Below are positions 10,485 to 19,676 of a stretch of 64,000 nucleotides of DNA, piece by piece. Both the position numbers and the translations under genes were made by a program. Below the pieces are notes generated by a model. It worked only from the letters and a program-made list of their open reading frames with translations, was not told the DNA's origin and did no database searches. Every line of letters starts with the position of its first letter. Within the stretch, counting starts at the first letter, position 1. Source of the stretch: Meyerozyma guilliermondii (taxonomy: Eukaryota); NCBI GenBank assembly GCA_051546255.1, contig CP128819.1:868001-932000 (forward strand), in the 5' to 3' direction.

Positions 10485-10826
10485 TTACTGGCCAAATACA
10501 ACCGTTCGTATGGCCGTCCAAAACGTCTCCTTTTTTTCACCTTTGATTTCACTCATGATCCGGTCGTAGTAACGTGGGTTTCCCTTTGGTTTCAAGAGCT
10601 TGTCGTCCAATTTGTAGTACCTCTTATACTTGTCGTTCACCAAATTGCGTAAAGCCATATATTGTAATCTCATGTCGTGGTCCAGGATATTGGAGGTGAT
10701 TTCTTTATTCGAGAACCGATCGATTTGGGTATCTTTAAACGAGGCATAGTGCTTTATTCTGTCCTTGGGAAGCGTCTTGAGAAGTGAGAGGATCTGCTGG
10801 ACGGTGGGGGTGGATTTGGTTGACAT
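10485..10826 (-). CDS. CBP6: Cytochrome b translational activator / assembly factor Cbp6
   Basis: LPKDRIKHYASFKDTQIDRF, LRNLVNDKYKRYYKL, LLKPKGNPRYY. Confidence 0.88.
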   Translation of the reverse strand: MSTKSTPTVQQILSLLKTLPKDRIKHYASFKDTQIDRFSNKEITSNILDHDMRLQYMALRNLVNDKYKRYYKLDDKLLKPKGNPRYYDRIMSEIKGEKKETFWTAIRTVVFGQ

Positions 10827-10934
10827 GATAGTGACGAAGAAAGGCTTTTGTAGTTGAGACCGATGTCAGTTAGTGGTGTATGGATGTACAACCGGCACAT
10901 TTTGCGTGAAATTTCGGATAAGGTTTTCTACAAT

Positions 10935-11657
10935 ATGGTTGCTCCAGTGCCACGAGTAATCGTTATTAGACATGGTCAAACAGAGTGGTCGAAATCTGGA
11001 CAGCACACCTCCATCACTGATCTTCCATTGACGGATTTTGGTGTGATGCAGATGCGTAATACCGGAAAACAGCTTATTGGAAATTCACCTTTGCAGCTTA
11101 TCTCTCCAGAAAACTTGAAATATGTATTTATTTCCCCTCGAAAGAGAGCCAAGCAGACGGCAGACCTCTTGTTGGAGGGTTTGGATGAAGAAACGAGGCA
11201 AAAAATTCAGATAATTGAAGAGAACAATGTTCGAGAGTGGGAATACGGTGACTACGAGGGCAAATTGACCAAGGAAATCGTTCAATCCAGAAGAGAACGG
11301 GGAGTAGACGACCCTTCTCACACATGGGATATCTGGAGCGATGGCTGCGAAAATGGCGAAAATCACCAGCAGGTTGCAGACCGACTCGACAAAGCAATTG
11401 CCAAAATCAGGGACATTCATCGCAAAGCATTGGACGAGAAGAAACCTTGTGACATTGTAGTGGTTGCTCATGGACACAGTCTTCGTTGTTTTGTAGCAAG
11501 ATGGGTGGGTCGTCCTCTCAGCTGCAACCCTCAATTAATGTTAGATGCCGGTGGCGTGGGGGTCCTTAGTTACCAGCACCACAACATCGACGAGCCAGCT
11601 ATCTATCTTGCGGGAGCGTTTGTTGTTCCGGTTGAAGAGGAGGGAAAGAGTTTATAA
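10935..11657 (+). CDS. SHB17: Sedoheptulose-1,7-bisphosphatase (histidine phosphatase family)
   Basis: IRHGQTEWSKSGQHTSITDLPLT, EWEYGDYEG, AHGHSLR, LDAGGVGVLSYQHHNIDEPA. Confidence 0.92.
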   Translation: MVAPVPRVIVIRHGQTEWSKSGQHTSITDLPLTDFGVMQMRNTGKQLIGNSPLQLISPENLKYVFISPRKRAKQTADLLLEGLDEETRQKIQIIEENNVREWEYGDYEGKLTKEIVQSRRERGVDDPSHTWDIWSDGCENGENHQQVADRLDKAIAKIRDIHRKALDEKKPCDIVVVAHGHSLRCFVARWVGRPLSCNPQLMLDAGGVGVLSYQHHNIDEPAIYLAGAFVVPVEEEGKSL

Positions 11658-11972
11658 TTAGACATTAACAAAGTGGTCATTCTGAGAACTTTGAGCACAT
11701 GATAGATTATTTATACATTTTAAACCCTATTCGTACATCTTCAAGAAACTCGTTCCATTCCTTTTTGTTATTGATAACACTGTTCGTTGTCGCTTCCCGT
11801 TTCCTATCAAACGCGGCTTTTCGCGGAGATGCATGGTGTGCACATAAACCGTCTCGGTGGAGTCGGCATCGCTTCTCCACGTTGATGCCGCACAAGTCAT
11901 TTTTTCTGGTTCATATAAAAGTCGAAATAACTTGCAACAACTTCCAGACCAAAATTTTTGTTTAGTTTACTC

Positions 11973-12989
11973 ATGACTGTGCCTCAAATCCCAGTATGGT
12001 TAGATTGTGATCCCGGTAACGACGACGCATTTGCAATCTTACTTGCAGCCTTCCATCCACAATTCAAGTTGGTGGGTATATCTACCGTTCACGGCAATGC
12101 TCCGTTGTCCATGACCACCCACAACGCTTTAGGGCTCCTTGAAGTGCTTGGACTCGAACAAAACGAAGTCAAGGTATATGCCGGAGCCGAAGTTCCACTT
12201 GTCAAGAAGCCACATTATGCCCTTGATGTCCATGGAAAATCGGGCATTGGCGGGGCCCAGTTACCGGAAAACCCTCGAATCGCGGTATCGAAAGATAAGG
12301 ACTATTTGACGGCAATGAAAGATGCAATTGAAGCATATAATGGTCAATTGTGTATTGTTGCAACTGGAACATTGACCAACTTGGTGCACCTTTTTCAGAA
12401 ATGGCCTCAGCTTAAACAATCAGTTAAACTCATTTCCATCATGGGAGGAGCGTTTGACCTTGGGAATGCCACAAAGTATGCCGAATTCAACTTTTATGCC
12501 GACCCGCACGCCGCAAAATTCATTGTCGAAGACCCACAACTCTCATACAAGACGGTGCTTGCACCCTTGAATTATACCCACAAAAGCATAGCCAATCTGG
12601 TAACACGGTCCAAGTTGTACAATCCAGAGAATTCTGAGCTCAATTCAAATCTCAGGCTGACATTTCACAAAATTCTCATGTTCTATTATTCATCTTATAT
12701 CAAGAACCCAGCTTTCATTGAGGGTCCACCGGTACATGACCCTCTTGCATTATTCCTGGTGATCAAAATGCTTGCACTTGTCAACGGAGAAAAACCATCC
12801 AAATTTGAATATCATAGGGTGGATATTAAGGTTGTGGTAGATGGAGAACATGAAGGTGAATCAGTGGCCTGCGGTAACAGTGAACTGGGAGTGGTTGTGG
12901 GCGATAGCACTGATTTCGGTGAGTTCTGGAGCTACGTGGAAACAGCTCTTCGAAACGCCGACCACCATGTGCAAGGCCATGCATTGTGA
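11973..12989 (+). CDS. URH1: Uridine/IU nucleoside hydrolase
   Basis: VWLDCDPGNDDAFA, GISTVHGN, AEFNFYADPHAA, PPVHDPLA. Confidence 0.92.
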   Translation: MTVPQIPVWLDCDPGNDDAFAILLAAFHPQFKLVGISTVHGNAPLSMTTHNALGLLEVLGLEQNEVKVYAGAEVPLVKKPHYALDVHGKSGIGGAQLPENPRIAVSKDKDYLTAMKDAIEAYNGQLCIVATGTLTNLVHLFQKWPQLKQSVKLISIMGGAFDLGNATKYAEFNFYADPHAAKFIVEDPQLSYKTVLAPLNYTHKSIANLVTRSKLYNPENSELNSNLRLTFHKILMFYYSSYIKNPAFIEGPPVHDPLALFLVIKMLALVNGEKPSKFEYHRVDIKVVVDGEHEGESVACGNSELGVVVGDSTDFGEFWSYVETALRNADHHVQGHAL

Positions 12990-13009
12990 GCCTGGATTGG
13001 TTTCTTTGA

Positions 13010-14479
13010 TTAAGCTACTTTTGTAAGCTTCTCTTCAGTGCTTTCTTGTTCCTCTGGGCTGAGACCACGAACCGTCTCCACGATAACCTTTCCTATTCTT
13101 GGCTGCAAATCCGCCGCCCAAACAACATCTAAATGTGAATAATCAATGAGCTCAACCACCTTTAGGTTTTCATTGGTATATGATGGCTCAAAGTCTTTCA
13201 TGTGGCTGGCCAACCGTTTTCCATCAACTAAAAAGTCCTCGCCGCCGATAAAAGCCACCATCGGTACAATAAACAGGACATCATCAAACCATGATTCTTT
13301 GTAGGGAAAGTAAGTTTTAGAGTCGTCTTTTTGTAACTTTGCGTCGGTAAGTTGAGGTGAAAAGTGAGCATCTGTCTTGTAAGCCTTTGCGGGCTGCAAC
13401 TCATTAGCAAACGATTGCGGTACCCACTCTGCTAGCCACCACGACATGAGTTTGGTAGAGACAAATGTCACGTTAAAGATGAAGTGAATATGCCAAAGTT
13501 TTCGGCTTGGATTCCATTTTCTTCCATTCCAAAGAAACAAAAACGAGAACATGACATATGACATGTAGCTGAAGAATCGAGTGGAGTAGAGATTGTTTCT
13601 AGCGAACGTGATAAGACGAAGAAACGAATAACGACCAAAGATCCATCTGAATGAAGATTGGCTTCTATGGCGCATGAACCGCAAAAAAGCACGGTTATGA
13701 AACAACGGTCCGGGGTAAATTGCTGGCGCCAATGGAAAAAAGTATCGTACTTTACGATGCCATTCATCTAGTTCTGAATTTCGCAACATCAAAAAGTTCT
13801 GTGTACATCCTTGCAGGTGTCCTATTAGAAAAAGAGCTTCATGGTGAGGTTTGTGGCTCAACACATTATCTATCAAGCAGGGCATGTCGTAATAAGCCAA
13901 CTCACGCACATCCCAGTCCCAAAACTCCTCATTGTACATCAAGTTTCCCTCGATGGTTGCATGGAGAGGTTCGAACCAGCACCGATTATTTCCTAGCCAA
14001 ACGTCGTGGCCTGCTTTGTGGAGATAAAACGCCAACGATTGGTATCCACCGCTGAGAAAAGCTCCCGAACACGAAAGTAGTCCATGTTGCAACAAAAACG
14101 GTTCACGTTTATCTTTATCCTCACTAGATTCTTTAGGGTCGAACAAATTATGAAGTATCAAAATATAGCCATCTTTTGTCTGAACTCGGTATTCGTGTAA
14201 GTCAAGACCCAATTGCAAAGCATAGTACCTAAGGTCATTTTTTGCCTTCATTTTCTTGAAATCATGATATGGACCTTGATCATCTACGATAGACAGAGGG
14301 TCCAGTTTTTCATTTCCCTTCAACGTTTGGTAGTAGTGATACACCACTCCGCCCACGGTGAGCACAAGTACAAAGATACAAGACAGAAAGTACGAAACAA
14401 ACAATTCAAGATATCGCAGCCATGTATAACCAATGGGAGTTTTAGGAGGAGGATTTAGGTTCACTTTTGTACTTTTCAT
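13010..14479 (-). CDS. YEH1: Steryl-ester hydrolase, Yeh1/Yeh2 family alpha/beta hydrolase
   Basis: VQTKDGYILIL, LQHGLLSCS, DVWLGNNR, GH[CTG=S]QG nucleophile motif, YSHLDVVWA. YEH1 versus YEH2 cannot be resolved. Confidence 0.85.
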   Translation of the reverse strand: MKSTKVNLNPPPKTPIGYTWLRYLELFVSYFLSCIFVLVLTVGGVVYHYYQTLKGNEKLDPLSIVDDQGPYHDFKKMKAKNDLRYYALQLGLDLHEYRVQTKDGYILILHNLFDPKESSEDKDKREPFLLQHGLLSCSGAFLSGGYQSLAFYLHKAGHDVWLGNNRCWFEPLHATIEGNLMYNEEFWDWDVRELAYYDMPCLIDNVLSHKPHHEALFLIGHLQGCTQNFLMLRNSELDEWHRKVRYFFPLAPAIYPGPLFHNRAFLRFMRHRSQSSFRWIFGRYSFLRLITFARNNLYSTRFFSYMSYVMFSFLFLWNGRKWNPSRKLWHIHFIFNVTFVSTKLMSWWLAEWVPQSFANELQPAKAYKTDAHFSPQLTDAKLQKDDSKTYFPYKESWFDDVLFIVPMVAFIGGEDFLVDGKRLASHMKDFEPSYTNENLKVVELIDYSHLDVVWAADLQPRIGKVIVETVRGLSPEEQESTEEKLTKVA

Positions 14480-14635
14480 CTAGCATTGGAGAATAGGAGC
14501 AGGGTTTATTAATGACGGTATTGTGGAGTGCTTTGAATTGAAGTTTGGTAGCGTAATGTTATTAGATGGAACATCCGGAACAAGATTAGCATAATTGACC
14601 GCGACACCTTGCTTTCCTGCCTAGAATCGATGCCC

Positions 14636-14646
14636 TGGCGCATCGG
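14636..14646 (+). promoter_or_regulatory. Pol III A-box in the RPR1 leader
   Basis: TGGCGCATCGG fits TRGCNNANNGG, just 5' of the predicted mature RNA. Confidence 0.6.
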
Positions 14647-14652
14647 TTCCTA

Positions 14653-14957
14653 CTTCTCTCGCCCCGTATCGCATTTACCCGCTTACTCAGACGGCCGTTG
14701 CGGTCGCCGGTTCAAACCAGCGCGGGTGGGAAATTCGGTGGTTCTCTCCGTCCACGGAGGCAGGTTTCTGCCTTCGCACAAAATGCTCCTGAGAGCGTCC
14801 TGGCGCGAAAGCGCCGGGCAGGGCCATCAGAAATCAGTCGAGTTTACTTGGCATGGGAGGCTCTGCGGACGGTTGGTCATGTGTATGAACATGGCTATTG
14901 AGTGCAATATGCGAACCTTGAAAAAGGCACCCGATACCGATCATCGTGGTGAGAGCG
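14653..14957 (+). ncRNA. RPR1: Nuclear RNase P RNA
   Basis: Yeast RPR1 conserved regions in order: GGTGGGAAATTCGGTGG (14725-14741), TGCTCCTGAGAG, ATCAGAAAT, ATGGGA, TTGAGTGCAAT, ACCCGATACCGAT (14929-14941). P1 = CTCTCGCC(14656-14663)/GGTGAGAG(14948-14955); P2 = TCGCAT/ATGCGA. Ends approximate. Confidence 0.96.
14709..14718 (+). promoter_or_regulatory. Pol III B-box inside the mature RPR1 sequence
   Basis: GGTTCAAACC is a perfect GGTTCRANYC match within the P3 region. Confidence 0.65.
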
Positions 14958-14958
14958 G

Positions 14959-14966
14959 TTTTTTTT
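14959..14966 (+). terminator. Pol III oligo(T) terminator of RPR1
   Basis: T8 run immediately after the P1 3' strand. Confidence 0.85.
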
Positions 14967-15166
14967 CGCTCACCATTGCGCGCAAATACTAAGCATTTAA
15001 GGAGAGACAGAGAGTTTAGCGAGAGAAGTGACACTGATCAATGGCTCGCTTTGCCCACCATTGCTTGGGCCTTCGTTTACGCCGCGTGCTGTGATTTACC
15101 GACAGCCCACACCCGCACCGCACCCGCACTCGCACTTGACATCCAAAGTAGAACTACCCTGACTCC

Positions 15167-15376
15167 ATGATCTTTGCTAGCATACGACGAATCTTTGCGT
15201 CGTTTAGAACAGAAGAGGAAGAACGAATGTACTCGCGAAAAGCATTCTTCAATCTACTAGGGTTTTTGAGCTCGTGTGTACTTTTTTCATTTGTAGCCCA
15301 AAAGCTCTCGCAAAATCCTGGAGAAATAGCGAGAATCGCCCGGGCCAATGCCCTCCTACAAGCTTCCAGTCCATAG
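15167..15376 (+). CDS. MCO6: Small mitochondrial membrane protein, Mco6 (YJL127C-B)-like
   Basis: MIFASIRRIF...SRKAFFNLLGFLSSCVLFSFVAQ resembles recalled Mco6 (IRSIF...SRRAFFQFLGYLGSCVVISLAAQ). Confidence 0.75.
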   Translation: MIFASIRRIFASFRTEEEERMYSRKAFFNLLGFLSSCVLFSFVAQKLSQNPGEIARIARANALLQASSP

Positions 15377-15431
15377 ATGGAACGTTGTTTTAAGCCATAT
15401 ATACAAGTAATACATATCTACTGTACAATTT

Positions 15432-16382
15432 TCACCGCAACAACACCTCCTTGGCCATTTCATATGCTGTCCATGAAATTGCGGTGGAAGGCACATTAAA
15501 GATAATTCTTGGTTTGAGGCCCCTGGTGAACGCCTTGATTCCGCTTTGCTTGTACATGGTGCTCACGGCGCTGGAAAAGCCGGTGATGTTTCGCAACGCA
15601 GTGTTGGTGGAAATGCCCTTAGTTTGAAGTGCGGTTTTGATGCAATCGAACGGGTTGGTCAAGGCAGCAGCAATGCCTCCAGCCACTCCGCCCGACACAC
15701 AGTGGAGGTAAGGATTGTAGGTGTTTGTGGGGTTCAATAATGACGACGAGTACTCGTAGAAACCAAAGTTCAATGCCGCAAACGGAATGTTGGTGAGTAA
15801 CGTAGTGGGATAAGAGATGTAGAAGGCGGAAAATCCTTCTTTCTTATAAATATCGCTGGCGTACAGCAAAAGCTTGGCAGAAGACAGTTTCCCAGAGTTG
15901 GTAGCAGCCTGCATTCTTTGTTTAAGAACATCGAATGGAGTCATCAATGCATCCGATGCAATTGTAGCAGCAATTCCAGCACCGCTGGCTATCAATGGGT
16001 GGGTTTCGTCGGTGACAATTTTCAGGGTTTGTGGCGAATTGGTCAAGCGGTTGACGAGAAGTGTTTTTGTGGCCTCGAACACTGAAAAGTAGACAGCATG
16101 AGCTGGGCCTGCTCCTAACACCACCGACGAAACTCCGTGCCAAAGAGCATAGGCGCCTTCTGCCGACGAGATTCTCGAGATGGAGGAGATTAAACTTTTG
16201 GAAATAGGAGTGGAAGACAGCATCATTTGCATTCTTGTCTTGATGGAGTCGATGGGGAACATCACGGTGTGCTCCATTATTCCAGCAAAAGCACCAGCAG
16301 TCAAGTGAGCCGCGAGCGAAGCATCGTCCGGGAGAGCCTCATAGTCGATCTCGATGGTGTCGTGGCCAGGTTTGACGGACAT
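15432..16382 (-). CDS. MRS4: Mitochondrial iron carrier (mitoferrin, Mrs3/Mrs4)
   Basis: IDYEALP, AGAFAGIMEHTVMFPIDSIKTRMQ, GAGPAHAVYF, three PxDxxK carrier repeats. Confidence 0.95.
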   Translation of the reverse strand: MSVKPGHDTIEIDYEALPDDASLAAHLTAGAFAGIMEHTVMFPIDSIKTRMQMMLSSTPISKSLISSISRISSAEGAYALWHGVSSVVLGAGPAHAVYFSVFEATKTLLVNRLTNSPQTLKIVTDETHPLIASGAGIAATIASDALMTPFDVLKQRMQAATNSGKLSSAKLLLYASDIYKKEGFSAFYISYPTTLLTNIPFAALNFGFYEYSSSLLNPTNTYNPYLHCVSGGVAGGIAAALTNPFDCIKTALQTKGISTNTALRNITGFSSAVSTMYKQSGIKAFTRGLKPRIIFNVPSTAISWTAYEMAKEVLLR

Positions 16383-16655
16383 GGTGGAATTTCTAGATTT
16401 TTATAGCCAATGCACCAAAAATGGTGGGTTGCTCGACGGACTCCAAATGGAAACGATGAGCCTAACGATGAGTTAGATGAGCTTAAAATGACGTGTGCAG
16501 CACAGTGGGGGGCCAGTGAATACACGGGGTGGAAGGCGGAGTTCACGGGAGAAGGAGGAGAAAGTTGACGGCGTTTGCACTAGGGCCGAAAATCGAGTGC
16601 CGAAGCGGATATGAAAAATTCGCGCACGAGTGAAAAACTTCAGAATTATTTTGTA

Positions 16656-17690
16656 CTAGAATATAGACTTTTGCTCGGGCACTATGGTGTTCACCTTTCC
16701 AGAGGTGATACACAGCATCACGTTGTCCACCACAAACTCCTCCATCTCTTGTATAGCTTCGTAGGTATGGGTGCCCATGTGGGGTAAGGCAACGACATTG
16801 GACAAGTGAAGCAATTCGGAAGGAATCTCTGGTTCGTGCTCAAACACATCGGATCCAAACGCCCCCACCTTTCCAGATTTGAGATGGGGCACAAGTTCGG
16901 CTTCATTGATGATGGGACCACGAGCAGTATTGACAATGACGACACCATCTTTCATGGACTTGATGACTTTGTCGTTGATCAAATGGCGGGTGTTGGCGTT
17001 CAATGGCACGCTGACCAATATAACATCGCTCTGCTGCACCAATTCGTCGAAAGAAACATATTCAGTACTCTTTTCCAACTCGGGACTCAATCTCGACCGG
17101 TTGTAATAAATCGACCTTTTGAACCCAAACGGAGCCAACCGGTCCCGAATAGCACGACCAATGCCTCCCATTCCCAAGATTCCCAAGGTTTTACCTACGG
17201 GATCATGGCCCAATCGGGCTCCAGCACACTTTTCTCCATTGGGCCATTTACCTTCAAGAGTCAACGAAATACCATGTTGAAAGTTTCTCATGGCTGCAAG
17301 CACCAAGAACACCGCCGTGTCTGCAGTGGGGGCTTCCACGGGCGTAGTGATATTGGAAATTTGAATTTTGCGTTCACTAAATGGATCCACATCTATCTGG
17401 TCGTAACCAGCTCCACAGTGAGCAACACATTTTACCAGCAGCGGTAATTTTCCAGCTAATTCAGCATCAAAGCGTCCAGTTTGACTGACACTGGCAAAAG
17501 TTCTTGTAATATGGGTGATATCAGAATACTTTCCTTTCAAGTCTTCAAAGAACTGTTGTCTATCCTTGGAGGTGCATTCCACCACTTCAGCCATTTGAGA
17601 CAATTTTGCCCATTTTTCATGAGCAAACTCAACCTTTCCCAATCTTAAAACCTTTGCCATTGTTTTATACTGGGAGGAAAATTTAAACAT
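16656..17690 (-). CDS. GOR1: Glyoxylate reductase / D-2-hydroxyacid dehydrogenase
   Basis: GAGYDQID, GILGMGGIG, VNTARGPII, DVFEHEP, LPHMGTHT. Alternative ATG at 17660. Confidence 0.88.
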   Translation of the reverse strand: MFKFSSQYKTMAKVLRLGKVEFAHEKWAKLSQMAEVVECTSKDRQQFFEDLKGKYSDITHITRTFASVSQTGRFDAELAGKLPLLVKCVAHCGAGYDQIDVDPFSERKIQISNITTPVEAPTADTAVFLVLAAMRNFQHGISLTLEGKWPNGEKCAGARLGHDPVGKTLGILGMGGIGRAIRDRLAPFGFKRSIYYNRSRLSPELEKSTEYVSFDELVQQSDVILVSVPLNANTRHLINDKVIKSMKDGVVIVNTARGPIINEAELVPHLKSGKVGAFGSDVFEHEPEIPSELLHLSNVVALPHMGTHTYEAIQEMEEFVVDNVMLCITSGKVNTIVPEQKSIF

Positions 17691-17977
17691 GGGAAACCAC
17701 CGGTTTATAAAAGGGTGGTTGCGAAGAGTGCGCGCGCCCCCACGCCAGTGAAGGGTGGGGGATCCAGTTGACTCGGACTGTGCGGAGGACCGGATAGTGG
17801 GTGCAAATTGGGTAAATGGGTACGAATCTGCTGGTAAGCTGTTTTCTCACGACATAATCTGCATTCTCTGTATGCTTCCTCTCTATGCTTACTCTCTATA
17901 TACTTACTCTTATTGGCTACACTCACAATGTTTCTGGTAACTTCTTTGTCTCTACTCTTATCTCCCTCCTCTCTCTC

Positions 17978-19507
17978 TCAAATTATAAGGTGCGAGCCAC
18001 GGTAAGGCATTCTGTCTACGCTCGCTGCTGCTACAGTCTCGTTGAGCGGTACCCTCTCTGGGAACCCATCGAAACTCTTAGCATAAGTAGCTACCGAATG
18101 AGCAATGAGTCTGGTGTTCAACAACCAAATTTCATGGTCTGGATTCGACAAGTCATCGCATGCTTGATGGTAGCATGGATCAAGCCATTTTTTCACTTCT
18201 CCTCCGTACTTGGCTTGTTCTTCTGGAGTCTTGTACTCGTCTGCTCCAGTCGCAATTCCACCAGATGGTATACCGGTCTCGAGAAATCCAACATAATCGG
18301 ATCTGCCATCGAAAGGTGTCAAAGAATAGTTCAAGCCGTGGCTCACGTAGTAGTCGATGTACAATTGCTTCAAGTCGCCAGATCCAGCAGGGTGGTCTTC
18401 GTTGTTGGCATTGTACACTTGGAGCTCATAGTTGGGGGATGCCATCATGTCGTAGTCCATGAACACTCGCAACTTTTGGTTCTCTTCAGGCGACAAATTG
18501 GCAGCGTAGTAATTGGATCCAATGAGTCCTTCCTCTTCAGCGGCCCACCACGCAAAACGAACCGCATTGTTCACCTTAAACTTGGTCAATTGCTTCGCAA
18601 CTTCAAGTAAAGAAATGGTTCCTGAACCGTCGTCATTGATCCCAGGTCCAGCTCCCACAGAGTCTGAGTGTGCTCCCAATGCCACCACATTATCGTGGTC
18701 ACCATCAACTGTTTCTGCTACAACGTTCAATGTGTGAACGATTTCCACTTTGGCGTCAACGTACAAAGTCACTTCGATCTCTGCCTCTGGATCAGCTTCC
18801 AACTTTTCAAGATAAGGCTTGGCTTCTTTCTCGGTAATGGAAACCGTAGCCACCTCGTTGCCCGTATGGTCTCCCAACGTACCGGCAAGTGGACTAGGAT
18901 CATAGATGATTGCGCCCAACGCACCAGCATTTCCAGCGTTAATTGACTTGGTTCCGAAAGCACATTCACCTCTCTTGATTATCACAATGTTGTCGGCCGA
19001 AGCAGCAGGGAAGTCCAGGGCAAAACATCCGTAGTTGGCCACAACAATCAACTTACCGTGAACAGGCTTTTCTGCTCGAGTTGGAGGTGTAAGATCAAAC
19101 GCCTTGACACTTTTGGCACTAATTCCGTCAATCAAAAGGGAGTAGTCGTTAATTTTGCCGAAAAGAGCTGGGAACTTTTGCGTCGAAACATGATAAAACC
19201 CCTTCAATTTTTTGAGCTCAGACAAGATATACGCAATAGTTTTCCAATGTCCCTTCGAGCCAATGACACGGGTAGGGTGACCATACTGCTTAATTGACTT
19301 CTTGGAGATGTTATAAAGCTTTTCGGCGTGGAGACTGATGGCTTCGTCGGTAATTAACAGCTGTAATTGTTCGGAGTCGACCTCGGGTTTCTCGAACAAT
19401 TGCATAGCATCGACATTGGCATCGATGTCAAACACCTTCTGAGTCACTGGGACGGCCGCAGTGGTACTTAAAGCGACGGCAATTGCTAGCACCGTTGAAA
19501 ACTTCAT
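17978..19507 (-). CDS. APE3: Vacuolar aminopeptidase Y (M28, PA domain)
   Basis: Signal peptide, GHPTRVIGS, GAHSDSV, GINDDGSG, WAAEEEGL, DYDMMASPN, CYHQACD. Confidence 0.95.
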   Translation of the reverse strand: MKFSTVLAIAVALSTTAAVPVTQKVFDIDANVDAMQLFEKPEVDSEQLQLLITDEAISLHAEKLYNISKKSIKQYGHPTRVIGSKGHWKTIAYILSELKKLKGFYHVSTQKFPALFGKINDYSLLIDGISAKSVKAFDLTPPTRAEKPVHGKLIVVANYGCFALDFPAASADNIVIIKRGECAFGTKSINAGNAGALGAIIYDPSPLAGTLGDHTGNEVATVSITEKEAKPYLEKLEADPEAEIEVTLYVDAKVEIVHTLNVVAETVDGDHDNVVALGAHSDSVGAGPGINDDGSGTISLLEVAKQLTKFKVNNAVRFAWWAAEEEGLIGSNYYAANLSPEENQKLRVFMDYDMMASPNYELQVYNANNEDHPAGSGDLKQLYIDYYVSHGLNYSLTPFDGRSDYVGFLETGIPSGGIATGADEYKTPEEQAKYGGEVKKWLDPCYHQACDDLSNPDHEIWLLNTRLIAHSVATYAKSFDGFPERVPLNETVAAASVDRMPYRGSHLII

Positions 19508-19676
19508 GTTTAGTGGTTGGGAAATGTGGCTCTATTTCGTCGAGCGATGCTTATCGGCGGAAACGAGCACGTGACTTCCGCGGGACAATGAGATAAGTGA
19601 GCTGCACTGCTGCAAACTGCTCAGATTCTCTCAATTATATTCCTCTCCTTTTTCTCAATTCATTTCTTCTCATTCT

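Noticed and set aside
11707..11895. 62-aa minus-strand ORF between SHB17 and URH1
   Set aside because: TTG start, no recognisable homology, lies in the URH1 promoter.
14609..15170. Several short ORFs over 14.6-15.2 kb
   Set aside because: They overlie the GC-rich RNase P RNA gene and its flank.
17885..18610. 241-aa plus-strand ORF
   Set aside because: Antisense to APE3 with no motifs.
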